The translations under genes and the position numbers were made by a program. DNA of 52,953 nt, the filler included, from Basidiobolus ranarum (lineage: Eukaryota), in assembly GCA_040143965.1 (NCBI GenBank). It is 3 parts of 3 records of this genome, joined end to end, with 100 filler letters (N's around TTAATTAATTAA, not from the genome) between each part and the next. Parts side by side here need not be neighbours in the genome. Positions count along the whole stretch, not along the records: positions 1 to 17,600 come from JASJQH010007175.1; positions 17,701 to 35,290 come from JASJQH010007176.1; 1 more part is not named here. One strand, 5' to 3'. Below, piece after piece: positions 12,795 through 24,976 of the stretch (the stretch's first letter is position 1; every line of letters starts with the position of its first letter). The notes beneath the pieces are model-generated. The model saw only the letters and a list, made by a program, of their open reading frames with translations, made no database searches and was not told where the DNA came from.

Positions 12795-13634
12795 ATGACA
12801 AATCTACTGATAGAAACCCAAACTCTTCATCAATTCCCTCATGTTGTTGATTGGGATTTGGAATATGAAGAAATAGCCCCTAAGAAGGACAACAATGACG
12901 AAGAGAGTAACTCCCACACCGAGCTCCTTCAATTTGCTAGCACCATCCATCTACCTACCAAAGAAGAGTTCCGCCAAATTGTTCAGGATAAGGAAAAATC
13001 CGCCGAATTGTATTCTGCTCTGCTGGAAGCCTGCTCTCAACTTGATGAGCTAACATTGCAGCATAAAGAAAAAGCGCCTAAGAACGTGGATACCCTTCCC
13101 CAGTACTGGACTGTTCTTGGCTCCCCCTACTACCATAAGGCACGCACAATGGCTCTTCGACAATTTCATTCTCCTCAATCCTCTTACTTTCTTCCAAATA
13201 ACGATCAGATGATCCTAGACCTGATTCATAGTTGGAACGTCTTTCCCGATAGTATCTTCCAAAGCAAGCATGGCCGTGAGAGAATCTTAGCCTGGTTGAA
13301 AACATTGTACATATTGGAACGTGCTGCTGTTCGAAATAGAGTAGTGGGAGTTCGCATGAGTAATCGCCATCATCGTAAGTACGATGGCAAGACATTGACT
13401 CGAAGCCTATTGCCGAAAGGATATACAGTTACTCACCAGATGGTCAAGCGAGTTGTTTTGATGAGAGACACCAGCAAGCATAGAGGCTCTTGGAACACCA
13501 TGGATAGCGAGAAAAATTTCTGGAAACACTATCAGGAGGCGTTGGTGGATCTACGTGGAATGTCCCGCCACGAAGCGGAGGCTCATTTGACCAATTTGGT
13601 AAAGAAGGACCAAAATCATTACGGAAAATTTTAA
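12795..13634 (+). CDS. Hypothetical 279-aa intronless protein, possibly transposon-associated
   Basis: Long clean ORF with good start context (caacATGA), acidic N-terminus and basic helical C-terminus, flanked by decayed sequence. No confident domain. Confidence 0.7.
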   Translation: MTNLLIETQTLHQFPHVVDWDLEYEEIAPKKDNNDEESNSHTELLQFASTIHLPTKEEFRQIVQDKEKSAELYSALLEACSQLDELTLQHKEKAPKNVDTLPQYWTVLGSPYYHKARTMALRQFHSPQSSYFLPNNDQMILDLIHSWNVFPDSIFQSKHGRERILAWLKTLYILERAAVRNRVVGVRMSNRHHRKYDGKTLTRSLLPKGYTVTHQMVKRVVLMRDTSKHRGSWNTMDSEKNFWKHYQEALVDLRGMSRHEAEAHLTNLVKKDQNHYGKF

Positions 13635-16600
13635 TATTCTAGTCACCTCACAAGTTCTAATCAGTGAACCAATTTCTATATTTTGTATTGCAGTAACCAT
13701 TATTTTCAATTCTATCAGTTAGTATTCTATTTTTACTTTATTTTATCACTTAAATTGTATTGTACATTCGGCGGATGTCAGATAGTCGTGAATTGATTTG
13801 ATACGTCGCTGACGATGAGTTAGCCTTCTCAATATTTTGCATAAAGTTTCCAACCATTTGAAGAACAAATGAGTAAATTATCATCATCGGATTTGATCAC
13901 TTCACAATAAATCGCTTCGTACTCTCCGTTCCTTTCCGTTGTCTGAGCCGACATCCTGATGGTAATGTGTATATGGCTGGAGTATCCTTTAGTTAGACAA
14001 ACACGTGGTATTCAATCACAACTGACAGGATATAATTCCTTCGTTACATGTATCTGGTAGCCAGTGATTCCCGGTGGCAGTTTATTAACGGACTTTGAAA
14101 ATGATGATGATCGAGATATCCATAGAGCTGTGAACTTAATGTACCAACTGATACAGTTAGCGCAAGTTCCACCCGCTCTCACCTTATTCCTACAATTGAC
14201 CAGAGTGAGGGTTTCATGCCAGCGAAACCAACAAAACAATCACTCCTGTACCCAACCATATTCAAAACACTTTTCTGTAAGCGAGGCAAACAAAGTACAC
14301 CATCGCTGAGACATCACCTAAATCACGCATCAATGATCAGCAAATATGTTGAGGCTGTTGATCTATGCAGGATCATCAAAAAAAGGATCCTTAAAACAGT
14401 ATCATGCATCCTTGAGGCCAAAGCCTGAGCTATATAACTACCACTCCCAGTAGAGAATCGGCAAAACTTGAACTTCCAACAGCTACTCTGGCTTACTACA
14501 TAAAGGTAATTTAGTAAAAATGAGCGCACTGGTACCAACTACGATCGTCGACCGGCCCCGAACCAAACGTACTCTGAGCTTGACAAGTATCCGCAACTCA
14601 AGAATGGGCTACAGCTTGCGAACCTTACGTCGAAAGTTAAGTGTATTTGAGAGGCGCGATCGTAATCCCGAAGCACGCCATCAAACCGGTCAGACCGGCC
14701 CAGAGTGAAATAATTTCGACCTCTCAGGTATGTGAAGATGAGAAACCGTTTCTCATGGAGGCGAGTTTCTTTGAAACCGGTATCCCACTCTTCATCAGCT
14801 CTTATGTAACTTTAACACCCAAATCTTTTCTACAAATTAATTATTCACAGATTAGTCCGTACAACATCGAACCAACCTAAAAGTTCCTTTCATCCCGATT
14901 TTTTGTCAACATGTTTGTATGGCTTTATACTTTTGGTTGCACCACATTACTATCCTTAATCTACCACCTACCCAGTAAATCGCGCAGACATTCCAAAATA
15001 TCCCGTAGTGAATGTATACTCAAGTCAAATTTCCGCACTTTTTATCCAACTAATTTAATAAAGAAATGGCTTGCGCTATCATCTAACAAGCTGTGATGGC
15101 CTGCACTTAGGTGCACGATTCCACCAGAATTGTGCTGAACGAGGATACAGGGATACTAACTATCTGTGAGATTGTGAATATCCGTCCTGATAGACATAAT
15201 GAGCTATGAACTCCAGAAAAAGGAAAAAGTCACTGTGGTTCGTTAAAAGCAATTGTGAGTCCACATAGAAGTGCAAGCTCTCAACTGAATGCAAGCCGCT
15301 AAATAGTGTTTGAATGAGGAAACAACTTCGGAGCTAGATAAAAAACACGAGCTTTATGTGTCTCGCATAGCATACTAGTATAACAGAAACCTCGTCATAC
15401 GGTAACAGCTATGTAAATTTAGGAATGCTGAATACTATATTTTGTCCTGGGACAATCAATAGGGCAGTTAGAGAATCACTAAACTCACTGATAAAGATAA
15501 TCTATGTGTACTAGGATCCCATAATTATGGAGATGTCAGATAGTGCTGTGTACCATAGTAGTGTACTAATGGTGAGCTACCTGATAAACTGGTAACGATT
15601 CTACCAATGAAGGTTGAGCCATTGGGAGTTACCACATGCCACAATCTGCTCCTTACCATTCATGCATATTCCCTTGAGGATAATATTGCACGCTGCAAAG
15701 TGTGGAGACTGTAGATAATAAAATGCAACCTGTAGCACAATGTTGAGAAGAAGCGTACCAATATCCTTAAGATAGATCATTGTCCCCATCAGAGCTCACT
15801 TTGGCTCGATAAATGAATGCCACAAAATTGTCACACCACTTAATAAACGTAATTCTCCTATAACTGGTTTTATACATATCAGTATCTTCGTCTAGTTCTC
15901 CGATATGGCCGATCTCAAGTAGCCCTCTGGGGCTTGGGGTGTTTAGTGGTGGCACTGCCAAAACCTCTTTTGTCTGCACACATAATATTGAGATAAACTT
16001 CAAGGTGCTGATTTTGAACCTCTGGAAATTCTGGTTATGCTTTCCAATGAGTTCTGATGACTGAAGACAATAACAATCTCCGATTTTTTTTGCAACGTTA
16101 TGTCCAAATAATAACACCAATACTGGTCTAATGTCAGACTTTACAGTCTTATTGAAGAAAGAAATTAAACTGAAGATAACCGACGAGAGGAAAAGTAGAA
16201 CGAGTTTGCCCATTCATATGCTACTTGATCTTCCTGTAGCTGTGCGAATGTAAAGATTAAAGTGGGAGGGTCTTATGAGTTCGTTTTGCTGTCTCTTAGA
16301 CTTGAAATATACAAGGCCAAAAGATAAGGTTCCATAGTCTAACCTGGTCATACAAACACTCTGCTTTCTCGTAATCTGGTCAATAGTTCATTGAACCGTC
16401 TAGCTACTTCAAGGTGATAAGCAAATTAGGTCAGAAAATTACGTAGAATACATCACACAATAATCCTGAGTCCTAGTTGGACTTTCTTCCAATCTCCTCC
16501 GCCTAAATGAATCATAAATATGATGATTAAGGAAAGAGTCCGATACACTGAAATACCTTAAATATAACCAATTCTAATTCTTATTATCCGATTCAGCAAT

Positions 16601-16915
16601 TCGTACCAGGTGATTAGCTCATTGTAGCTCAAATGTTATTCTAGTCGACGTAATGCGTGCTAACAAATCGAGTAGAACCTAAGGGTTAGGGTTAGAAGTA
16701 GTCACAAATTCTTATTTGCTGCAAGGTCCAACTGTATATAGTAATAAAACCAAGATTGTGAAAAATTAATTCGGCTTAATACTACTGAGATATTACTGTT
16801 AATGCAGTCATTTCCATTTTCAGTATTTTCAATATTATAGAAAGTTGGAATTTGTACACATATCGAGTATATAAATTATTCCCTTTCTCTAAGGATAATA
16901 ACCTTCCCCAAAGCT

Positions 16916-17600
16916 ATGAATCTAGACACGGCTTCAAAGCTATCTGTCTCATTGGAAGAGTATTTGGACTGTGTATTGAATCCTACGTTTGTGATTGAGT
17001 TTCTTCAACCGCCATTAACAAATTCTCTAACGTCAGTTTTGCATGCTAATAACGCAGTCAAAGAATTATGTGGGATAGATCAATACAATCAGAGTAACTC
17101 ATACCTAACTATACAGCAACTCATCGCTCAGCAGGACATAAATGCCTTTTGCGATTGGATTCACGAAATATATCGTGGCACAGCTGCCAATTCAATTATA
17201 ACACACCTCAACAAGTGGACTATAACAAATATTGAGCTTGTGACAACTCAACAAAGCGAAATAAGTCTATTCAGTACTGATGCACGAGTGGAATGGACTT
17301 CGACCGTGGTTAAAAGTTCTATTTTAGTCCTAACTGGGACTTTGATGGAAACTGTTTCAGAGATTTCTAAAGCCACCATTAATGAAGGTAAAAAAAAAGA
17401 GTTAGAACCGAAGGAAGACGATTGGAGGAACGACCCGAAGGTAATTTTATATGAAAAAAATAATACTAGTTGCTCTACATCTAAGTTTAAACACTAACTA
17501 CCTGTTAGCTCGTGAACTTATTATCAGGTGGAGGTGCTATGGGCGAATATTTAAGAACCTACACTTGGCAAGACACATGTGTAGGGCCTTTTTCCCAATG
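16916..17600 (+). CDS. 5' part of a PAS-type sensor hybrid histidine kinase, truncated by the contig end
   Basis: PAS-like N-terminus (PTFVI...VLHANNA). Intron 17441-17508 joins to LVNLLSGGGAMGEYLRTYTWQDTCVGPFSQW, matching the GGxMGxxxRxxDWxxTxLGPxxxW motif that precedes PAS domains in such kinases. Confidence 0.7.
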
Positions 17601-17700
17601 NNNNNNNNNNNNNNNNNNNNNNNNNNNNNNNNNNNNNNNNNNNNTTAATTAATTAANNNNNNNNNNNNNNNNNNNNNNNNNNNNNNNNNNNNNNNNNNNN
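17601..17700. other. Artificial contig spacer (N44-TTAATTAATTAA-N44)
   Basis: Exactly 100 nt with a six-frame stop linker. Genes on both sides are truncated. Confidence 0.97.
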
Positions 17701-18242
17701 AAGGGATCCTCCTTCCCCACCGTGTTCGTCTTCTCTTATCCAAGGGTCACTCTTGCTACCGTCCTCGCCGTACCGGTGAGCGCAAGAGAAAGTCTGTTCG
17801 TGGTTGCATCGTCGGTTCTGACCTTTCTGTTCTCTCCTTGGTTATCGTTAAGCAAGGTGAAACCGAACTCCCAGGATTGACCGATACTACTGTCCCTAAG
17901 CGTTTGGGTCCCAAGAGAGCTTCCAAGCTTAGAAAGATGTTCAATCTTACCAAGGATGATGATGTTCGCAAGTTCGTCATCCGTCGTGAGGTTCAACCCA
18001 AGAATGCTGAGAAGAAGCCTTACACCAAGGCTCCCAAGATCCAGCGTCTTGTTACCCCTCTCACTCTCCAACGTAAGAGACACAGAATCGCTCTTAAGCG
18101 TAAGAACTCTCAAGCCTCCAAGGAAGCTGCTGCTGACTACGCTAAGCTCCTCGCTCAACGTGTTAAGGAACACCGCGAGAAGAAGGAGGAGATCAAGAAG
18201 AGAAGACTCAGTTCCCAACACGCTTCTGCTGCCAAGAACTAA
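17701..18242 (+). CDS. RPS6: 40S ribosomal protein S6/eS6 (5' truncated)
   Basis: [53 protein letters not shown] and C-terminal RRLSS phosphosite. Strong codon bias. Confidence 0.97.
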
Positions 18243-18526
18243 TCTTACTTTAAGCAACAATATCATTCTTAACACAAACCATGTTTATTTAAATAAAACA
18301 CTGTATTGTGGACATATATTCCCAGTTTATTGAAGAAATTCGGATCGATGGATGCTGTCTACTTTGTTAGCTATGGTTTTTATGACAGAATCTATTCGTA
18401 TAGTACCTACAAAGTTTATTCATTTTTAAATCTTAATTTTAACTAAACAGCGATTTGTTAAAGAATGAGTACTAGTGAATGTATAAATGTACTACGAAAG
18501 GAAGGGATGTATGTGAGCGCTGATAT

Positions 18527-18953
18527 TTAATTACGTGTAGGCTTAAGGGTGTCGAACTTGGCACGTTCAGCTACTTCAGATTCAACTTGATCAATAATGG
18601 GTTGAAGATAACGAATATCTTCTTCAGGCTTGGTCCACTTATCCTTAGGAAGCTCAGTGTGACTCAAACTGCATTGCATGGCGACACGTAGACGATATGC
18701 TCTATCGTAGGTCTCCTTTTCGGAGAGACGTCTCAAAGCTTCTCTTACAACGTCACTCTCTTCGGCGATAATATCATCGTAACGTAAACCTAACCAAGAA
18801 AATAAGGATGAATGTCTAGAAGAAACAAGGGGCACAATTACCATTCAACATACCTAATTTACGGTAACCAGCAGCATTGGCATAGGCGTTGCCCAATGGG
18901 ACAAAAATCTTCTTTAAGAAAGAGCTGCCTTTGATGTAATTAGCGAGGGACAT
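18527..18953 (-). CDS. QCR7: Cytochrome b-c1 complex subunit 7 (UQCRB); 2 exons
   Basis: MSLANYIKG...YANAAGYRKLG|LRYDDIIAEE...ALRRL...LPKDKWTKPEED-YLQP. Intron 18790-18853. Confidence 0.95.
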
Positions 18954-19502
18954 ATTGAGGACAAACAAAAGGTAAGTAAATCAAGTGTAGTAAAGAAAGA
19001 AATGTTGTGGGGGAAGATTGGAAATTTTTCGTGTTCGGAAAAAGGGTGAAAAACTGGGATCTATTCAACCTAACTTGATGATCACCCCAATTATTCACAT
19101 TCCAAATGTATATTTCTCCCTCCCATTCTAGAAATAAATAATATATAACTAGCATTAAATTGATCAATATAATTTGGAGCCCCAACAATGCCGACAGGAT
19201 TGAGTAAATTGTAACTTCAAACTGGGGGGATGTGTGCAATGATTTAACATACTTGTGTGATGGCCTTAAGATAGTGAGGGTCTAGTGCAAATAACGTGCA
19301 GTGCTTGGGAATAGTGAATATACTATCATATGGCATTTTCATTTTAGTGCCATGATTATAGTAACGTATAGTTTGTCGATACATTTTTATCGAACTTAGT
19401 TTTGTCTTTACTAAATCACGTGACCAACACAATAGACAGTGTGAGGTTTATTAATCTTTTCATTGTCTCTAAGAGAATTTTGTGAATCAAGAGATTATTG
19501 TT

Positions 19503-20129
19503 TCATTGACGTTTCTTGGAAACGTTCACCATCTCAAAACCGATGGAGTAACGATACACCAATAACAATGGTATAATGAAATAAGGGATGTAGATACCAG
19601 CGGTCATAATTTTTTGTTCTAATGTTTGCTCAAAGTAAGGATTAAACACTAACTCGGCGAGAATAGGAACTAAGGTGGTGGCAACGTGACTTCCGTATAT
19701 GATGGTAGGAATGCGTATGTTCACGTTTCCTATAGCAGAGAAATTCTTTAGCAGCAGTCATTTAACAATTTGTATAAATTTTTGAAAAAAGGAGGAATAC
19801 TTACTGGTAAAATATGCATTCAGATACCAGAAGAAAAATGGTAGTTGGAGAAAAGCTTCTACCCATACCATTCCTTGGAACCACACCATATTGGGTACTT
19901 TAGTAGGTGCTGCTTGTGGATACCCAACGGTTATCGCAAGAAAGGGGTCTTTAAGCATAAGGATAACTTGACCCAAGAGATCTACTGCAAACTTGGGAAA
20001 CCATTCTCTTGGAAAGATGCACTGGACATCAAATAGGATAGTGAAGATAATGTGGCTAATAAAGTAGCCAACGAACAAGGTGTCTAAGCCAGACTTTTTA
20101 AAAGTAGCTTTATCAACTTTACTCGCCAT
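19503..20129 (-). CDS. EXPERA-domain membrane protein (TMEM97/sigma-2 receptor/Ema19-like); 2 exons
   Basis: YFISHIIFTILFD, KDPFL, WF-x-GMVWVEAFLQLPFF, IIYGSHVATT and IYIPYFIIP motifs, with a C-terminal KKxx ER signal. Intron ~19730-19804. Confidence 0.88.
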
Positions 20130-20551
20130 TACTAAAAGTATACTCGAAAGCTAAGAGAGTTTGTAAACACATTTACTCACTTTTAATCAAAATCACATCG
20201 ATTTCTGGGTATTAAATTATGCTGTTACACACGTACTTTGTATACTAAGTGTACTTCCGACGTTACATTATATTATTGGAGAGCCAAGTTAGGCTCATGT
20301 TTTCTCCAGTTGGTATACAGATGCGTATTATTTAAGGCTTTAACAAAGTCCCAGACATCCAAAATATCTGCGAAAAAATTGGTGCATTTAATCATACTCA
20401 ATACATAGGATAAACCAATTTCAATTGTAAACAAAGTACTGTAAACAAACTGTGAAAAAAGGTAACTTTTTGATATTTCTAACAAGGTTCCATCTATTTA
20501 TCCCTTTCACTTATTTGTTTGTTCTCGTGAAAAATACACCGGGGTTTAACT

Positions 20552-21460
20552 ATGGCCTTACCACGTTCACTAAGTCATGGACTTACCCCAGCGGAGATTG
20601 AGTTTTTAGCTGAGAATGAGTTTATCGAGATTTTGCCAAGCTTTCGTATTGACACTCTAGACTTTATTTCGGTACTTTATGAAATAATGAAAGATTGATT
20701 TAAATCCACAGAAGTTAACCAGAGTCTACATGTTTTTTCTATTATTTTGGAACTTTTGACAAATAGGGAAGTTGTGGTCCATTCCGTCCACCTGGAAAAG
20801 CGAAAATACCTCTGTGGTTAGCTCTCACTCTAAAAAAGCAACAGAAATGTACTATAATTCCGCCACAATGGCTTACCGTTGGTAACTAGCTTATTAAGAA
20901 AACTTTTGAAATTTCGAGTTTCATATTGATATTTATTTCATTTCCCAAGAAAATCTTACACAAAAGCTTGAAGAGGAGGAGAGTGAGGGTAAATTCAGTG
21001 AATTACCCTATCGTTACATGGAAATAGCCCATTTAATATTAGAAAGGTAATCACTTGCTCCTAATCAGAAATGTGGTTTTTTCCAACTTCAACTAAATCG
21101 ATGATACATGTTGAGTAGTGCCTCTGAGGATGTTCCACGTTCAGAAAATATTCGTAAACTACTTAAAGATCTGCGAGAAGTACGCCAAAGTAAAGCTAGA
21201 GATGGTTTGACAGCTTTGAATCCAGATTATCTACAGGTAAGTCGAACCATTATCAATATGGTATAATAGCATGAATTAATCTTTTTGGAAAGATGGACAA
21301 TCTTGCTCTGATGGAGATCAATGAGATTCGACCTTTCTTTGGGCGTGCGTTTGATGAATTAAGAAAGCTCACCCCGGTTGAAGATCCATATACCAACACC
21401 TCTCAATCTCAAGACACTTACACCACCACTCCCCGTTCTCGCTCTAATTTTTCACAGTGA
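20552..21460 (+). CDS. PSF2: GINS complex subunit Psf2; 5 exons (missed by the ORF track)
   Basis: Hand-spliced: MALP...EIEFLAENEFIEILP...|GPFRPP...IPLWLALTLKKQQKC-IIPPQWL|...FSELPYRYMEIA|...LLKDLREVRQSK...|MDNLALMEINEIRPFF. Confidence 0.95.
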
Positions 21461-22265
21461 ATCGACAGTATGCATATCAAAGTAAAAGCAGAGATGCGCA
21501 CCCACACATACAAATATCGACTAGTGTTTCTTTTTTCCTGAGAACATCCCCAGAATGCGATCCATCCAATGATGTATATATATGTACATGTATCTAGTAA
21601 ATCGGACCTCAAATGGTAATTCCAACATTTTAGTAAACCTGAGCCAGTTAATGTAATGCCGCTGTCAGACTACTTCTCTTCGCTTAGTTTCAACATAACT
21701 GAATCTTGCATGCTAAGGGATATGCATACCCCGGTGGTTGATTGAACTCTGAGTTGAAACATGTTTATTGATTCAAGAAACAACAAAGATCTCCGAGAAT
21801 AAGGTAGCAACATGTAGATAGAATGAATGGGATTTAAGCAGGGAGAAGAAATAGAAGACACATAAAATGATTCAAGAAATATACGGTGATTAAATGATTA
21901 AGGTAGATTTAGTACGGGAAGCTCTGCTATAATGAAATGTTGGGAGCAGATGATAGGTGTTGAGAAAATTACAAAGCATTACCGTTCCATGATAAATACA
22001 CCTAATAGGAGGTCAGTTACTGCAAATGATTATTGGTTGGAAATAAGCCTACCGAGAATAATATCCTTGTAGCGATGAAAAATGGAGTAGCGACTTTCAT
22101 GAAAACAATGTGCAGTGGAGATCACTTTTGAAGGAGAGATTCACTTGTAAACAGAGTATGTTTCCACCTGGGAATCTGTTACTAGGCACCTCACACTTCA
22201 GTAGCAATTCTGGACTGATTGTGGATATGATGTCGATGACTCCACAATTGTCACTTAGGATCTAC

Positions 22266-24976
22266 TCAGGTAGGGATTTGCACAAGCTCATCATCTTGAG
22301 CAAGGGCTTGGAACCAATAAATTAAATACTCGAGGGGACGAGTGCGAGGCTGCTGTTCTTGCTGAGTAGATGAGGGCTCAGGGTACCAAGTCATGGCAGT
22401 GCCGTTAGTGTTGCTTAGTTGATCAGCTTTATGCTCAATCATAGGTTGCTGTAAAAACATTGTAGTCAAAATGCCTAGAATGTATACAACCAGAGTATAT
22501 AGTATCACTGTTACAGTGCCAGTTCCACGCGTTCTAGTTGCCAATGTGGTGCTATGCATGCCTGAGCTTACAACATCGCTTGAAGCTTTTGAGGAGGAAG
22601 CAAGAGGAGCTTCGTGACGACGACGCACTACATTTTGTCGAGGTGCGGAAATTCTCTGGAGAACTCCAGTAGAGTCACCATATGGTTGTTCACAATTGTC
22701 AGAGTGTGCAAGTAACTCCTGTATAAGAGTTTCTTGTGCTTTGAAATTACTAATCAACTTGCGGTATTCCATCTCCAAGTTCTGATGAAATTCATCGCTT
22801 GGCTCCTCAGTATCAGTTTGGGTCTCCAGTTCAACTTGGTGGTCGCACTGAACTCCAGCTTCTTGAGTGGCGCAGATTTGGGCATTGTTTCGCAGACGAT
22901 CTATCTCTTCATGGAGCGACTGTCTTTCGAGAGCAATAGCCTTCTTTGCTTCTTGAAGCTGGTATACAGCATGTTCCCATTTTCTAGAGGCGTCTTCAGC
23001 CTCCGTCTTGAGATGAGTATTTTGATCTTCTAGATACGCTATATAGCCACTATCCTCTTCATGGGATTCTAAGACGGGTAGAATCTGGTCCTCGTCAGGT
23101 AAGAATATTCCACTTGATTGGTCTTCAAGTAATGATGATAGTTCGAAATGTAGATTTTTTTCACTTTCCACATTAGAAACATCTTCAAGGTCTTTCAAGG
23201 TAACACCTGCGGGTTTGTTAACCCCTTTAATGGCATCGTCCAAATCATGACGCAAGCGGTCAACTACATCCCTGAGGTGTTGATTTTCTTCTTTCAGCTC
23301 GTCAACTTCTTGCTCCAGGGTTTGGGCAAACGCAACTTCTTGCTCCAATCTCGAAACATGCGATTCAAACGCTGAACGCTCCTGCTGATATTTCTTTTGC
23401 TCTATTGCGTAGTTGTCAAGATCCATCTCGGATTTAAGAAGTTCATCCTCTCTCATTCTCAATTGAAGTTGAAGCTTCTCTGTTTCTTCCCTTTTCTCAT
23501 CGTATTGTCGACGCAAGTCGCTATATAGATTCTTATGATGAGAGAGAACTCTAGATATTGATACGATCTCTGACTCCAACTACAATTCAGATCAAAATTT
23601 GATTAGTTAACACTGCGCCAACACTTAAGAAAGATGCATTAATGCTTTACCATTGATATTTGTTGCAGATGGGCCTTCTCATTACTCTTATACTCTTGGA
23701 TTTCACGTTTCTTACTGGTCAATTCCAACTTCATTTCATCGACTCGAGTCTGAAGTTCTGAAATACGCTCCTCGTGTTGTCGTACAGAAAGAGTGAGATT
23801 TTTTTCGGTTTGACGAAGTCTCTTGTTCAACTCCAAAGAAATTCGACTCAAATGACCGATTTGAGATACGGCATCCTTGGACTAAATAAACCATGTTTAA
23901 TTATGGATAATGAGTATATTAACAAAATAAAATCTGAGTACGTACATCGAGGTCAAAATCTTCACCTCCAAATCCCTCAAAGCTTTTCTCTCCTCCTAGA
24001 AAACTATCGTCAAAAACATCATCATCACGGGATTCAATGAAGCTACGACTATTTCTCAAAGATTTGGCGGAATACCCGGGAGAAGTCTAGCGATAAAGGC
24101 ATTAGCAATGGCACTATTGTATTTACATTAATGTTCACAAATACCTTGTAGTATAATAGTTTACCAGAGTCTTGCTCGAGGAAAGGTTCAGGTGAGTAAG
24201 ACTTATCATCTTCTAGATCACTGAGAGTTGGAACGGCAGCATATGCATCCCGTTTTTTGTCTACTTCTATAAGAGAGAGGTGAAATAAGTCACCTAGCAT
24301 CCATCGATGGGTACATCCCGATAAAAGTAGAGAAAATACTTACCAGCTGCAACCTTGCGAGTTGAAAGTGTACGAGTGACTGGAGTTGTCCTTTGTCTTG
24401 AGGCAAGAGGAGAAAGTGGGTGAGTAAAACCCAAAGTGGAATGAGGTCTTGGTGTGGTAGGGGGACGACTATTTCTGACTGGGGTTCTGGGACTTGTAGT
24501 GGTAGTATTAGAAGGAGGTGGTGCAGAAAGTTGGGAAATAAGTCGATAAAGGTCTTGTGGGGAAAGTTCCAATTCAGAGTTTTTGAGGCAAAACTTTTGT
24601 AAGAGTTTTTTTGGTTCAGAGTCTAAAAGCTCTACTCCTTGCTCACGTTCGAAGAAATCCAATATGGGAAATAAATCCTGCGCCACAATTGAACCGCGAT
24701 TTTCTCGGTCAAACTTGGTAAAGATAACTTCCAAATTGGAGTGGAGGGTCGAAAGTGGGCTAATAGGTTCGACCTAGTTAAATTTCAGATGTAGGAAAAG
24801 ACAAAAGTTTTGGAGAGTAAGTTTAGTTGTTGAATAGTTTTACGTTATAAAAAGTAAAAAGGAAAGTATATAAAACTCTGAGAGAGAATGGTAATAGCCA
24901 GAAATACGTAAAGGCAATGGATTGTTACCTTCTTTTTGAGTCCCGCACCATTGTTTTGGGACCGAATAGTTGACAT
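22266..24976 (-). CDS. EF-hand + long coiled-coil + C-terminal TM protein ending QIPT (KASH5/Kms1-like outer nuclear membrane protein); ~6 exons
   Basis: ATG 24976 and intron 24774-24928. EF-hand-like FTKFDRENRGSI, heptad-rich exons 23639-23851 and 22266-23579, TM VTVILYTLVVYILGILTTMFL, then a ~60-aa tail ending IPT. Confidence 0.75.

Noticed and set aside
13982-13990. Other RTATCCTT U12-like donors (13982, 15761, 25200, 48905)
   Set aside because: No properly spaced TCCTTAAC branch and acceptor, and no flanking exons to join.
16681-16695. Telomere-like TTAGGG/CCCTAA dimers (also ~42537-42554)
   Set aside because: Only about two units and internal; at most telobox-like promoter motifs, unsupported.
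17645-17656. Palindromic TTAATTAATTAA inside N runs (also 35335-35346)
   Set aside because: Artificial six-frame stop linker, not biological.
17736-18275. Long antisense/alternate-frame ORFs over RPS6, RPP1, the CAP gene, the KASH-like gene and the kinectin-like gene
   Set aside because: Shadow ORFs caused by codon bias of the real genes.
18980-18992. ATCAAGTGTAGTA, identical to the U2 snRNA branch-recognition region
   Set aside because: Flanks do not match U2 and the site is antisense to the QCR7 5' UTR; a chance 13-mer.
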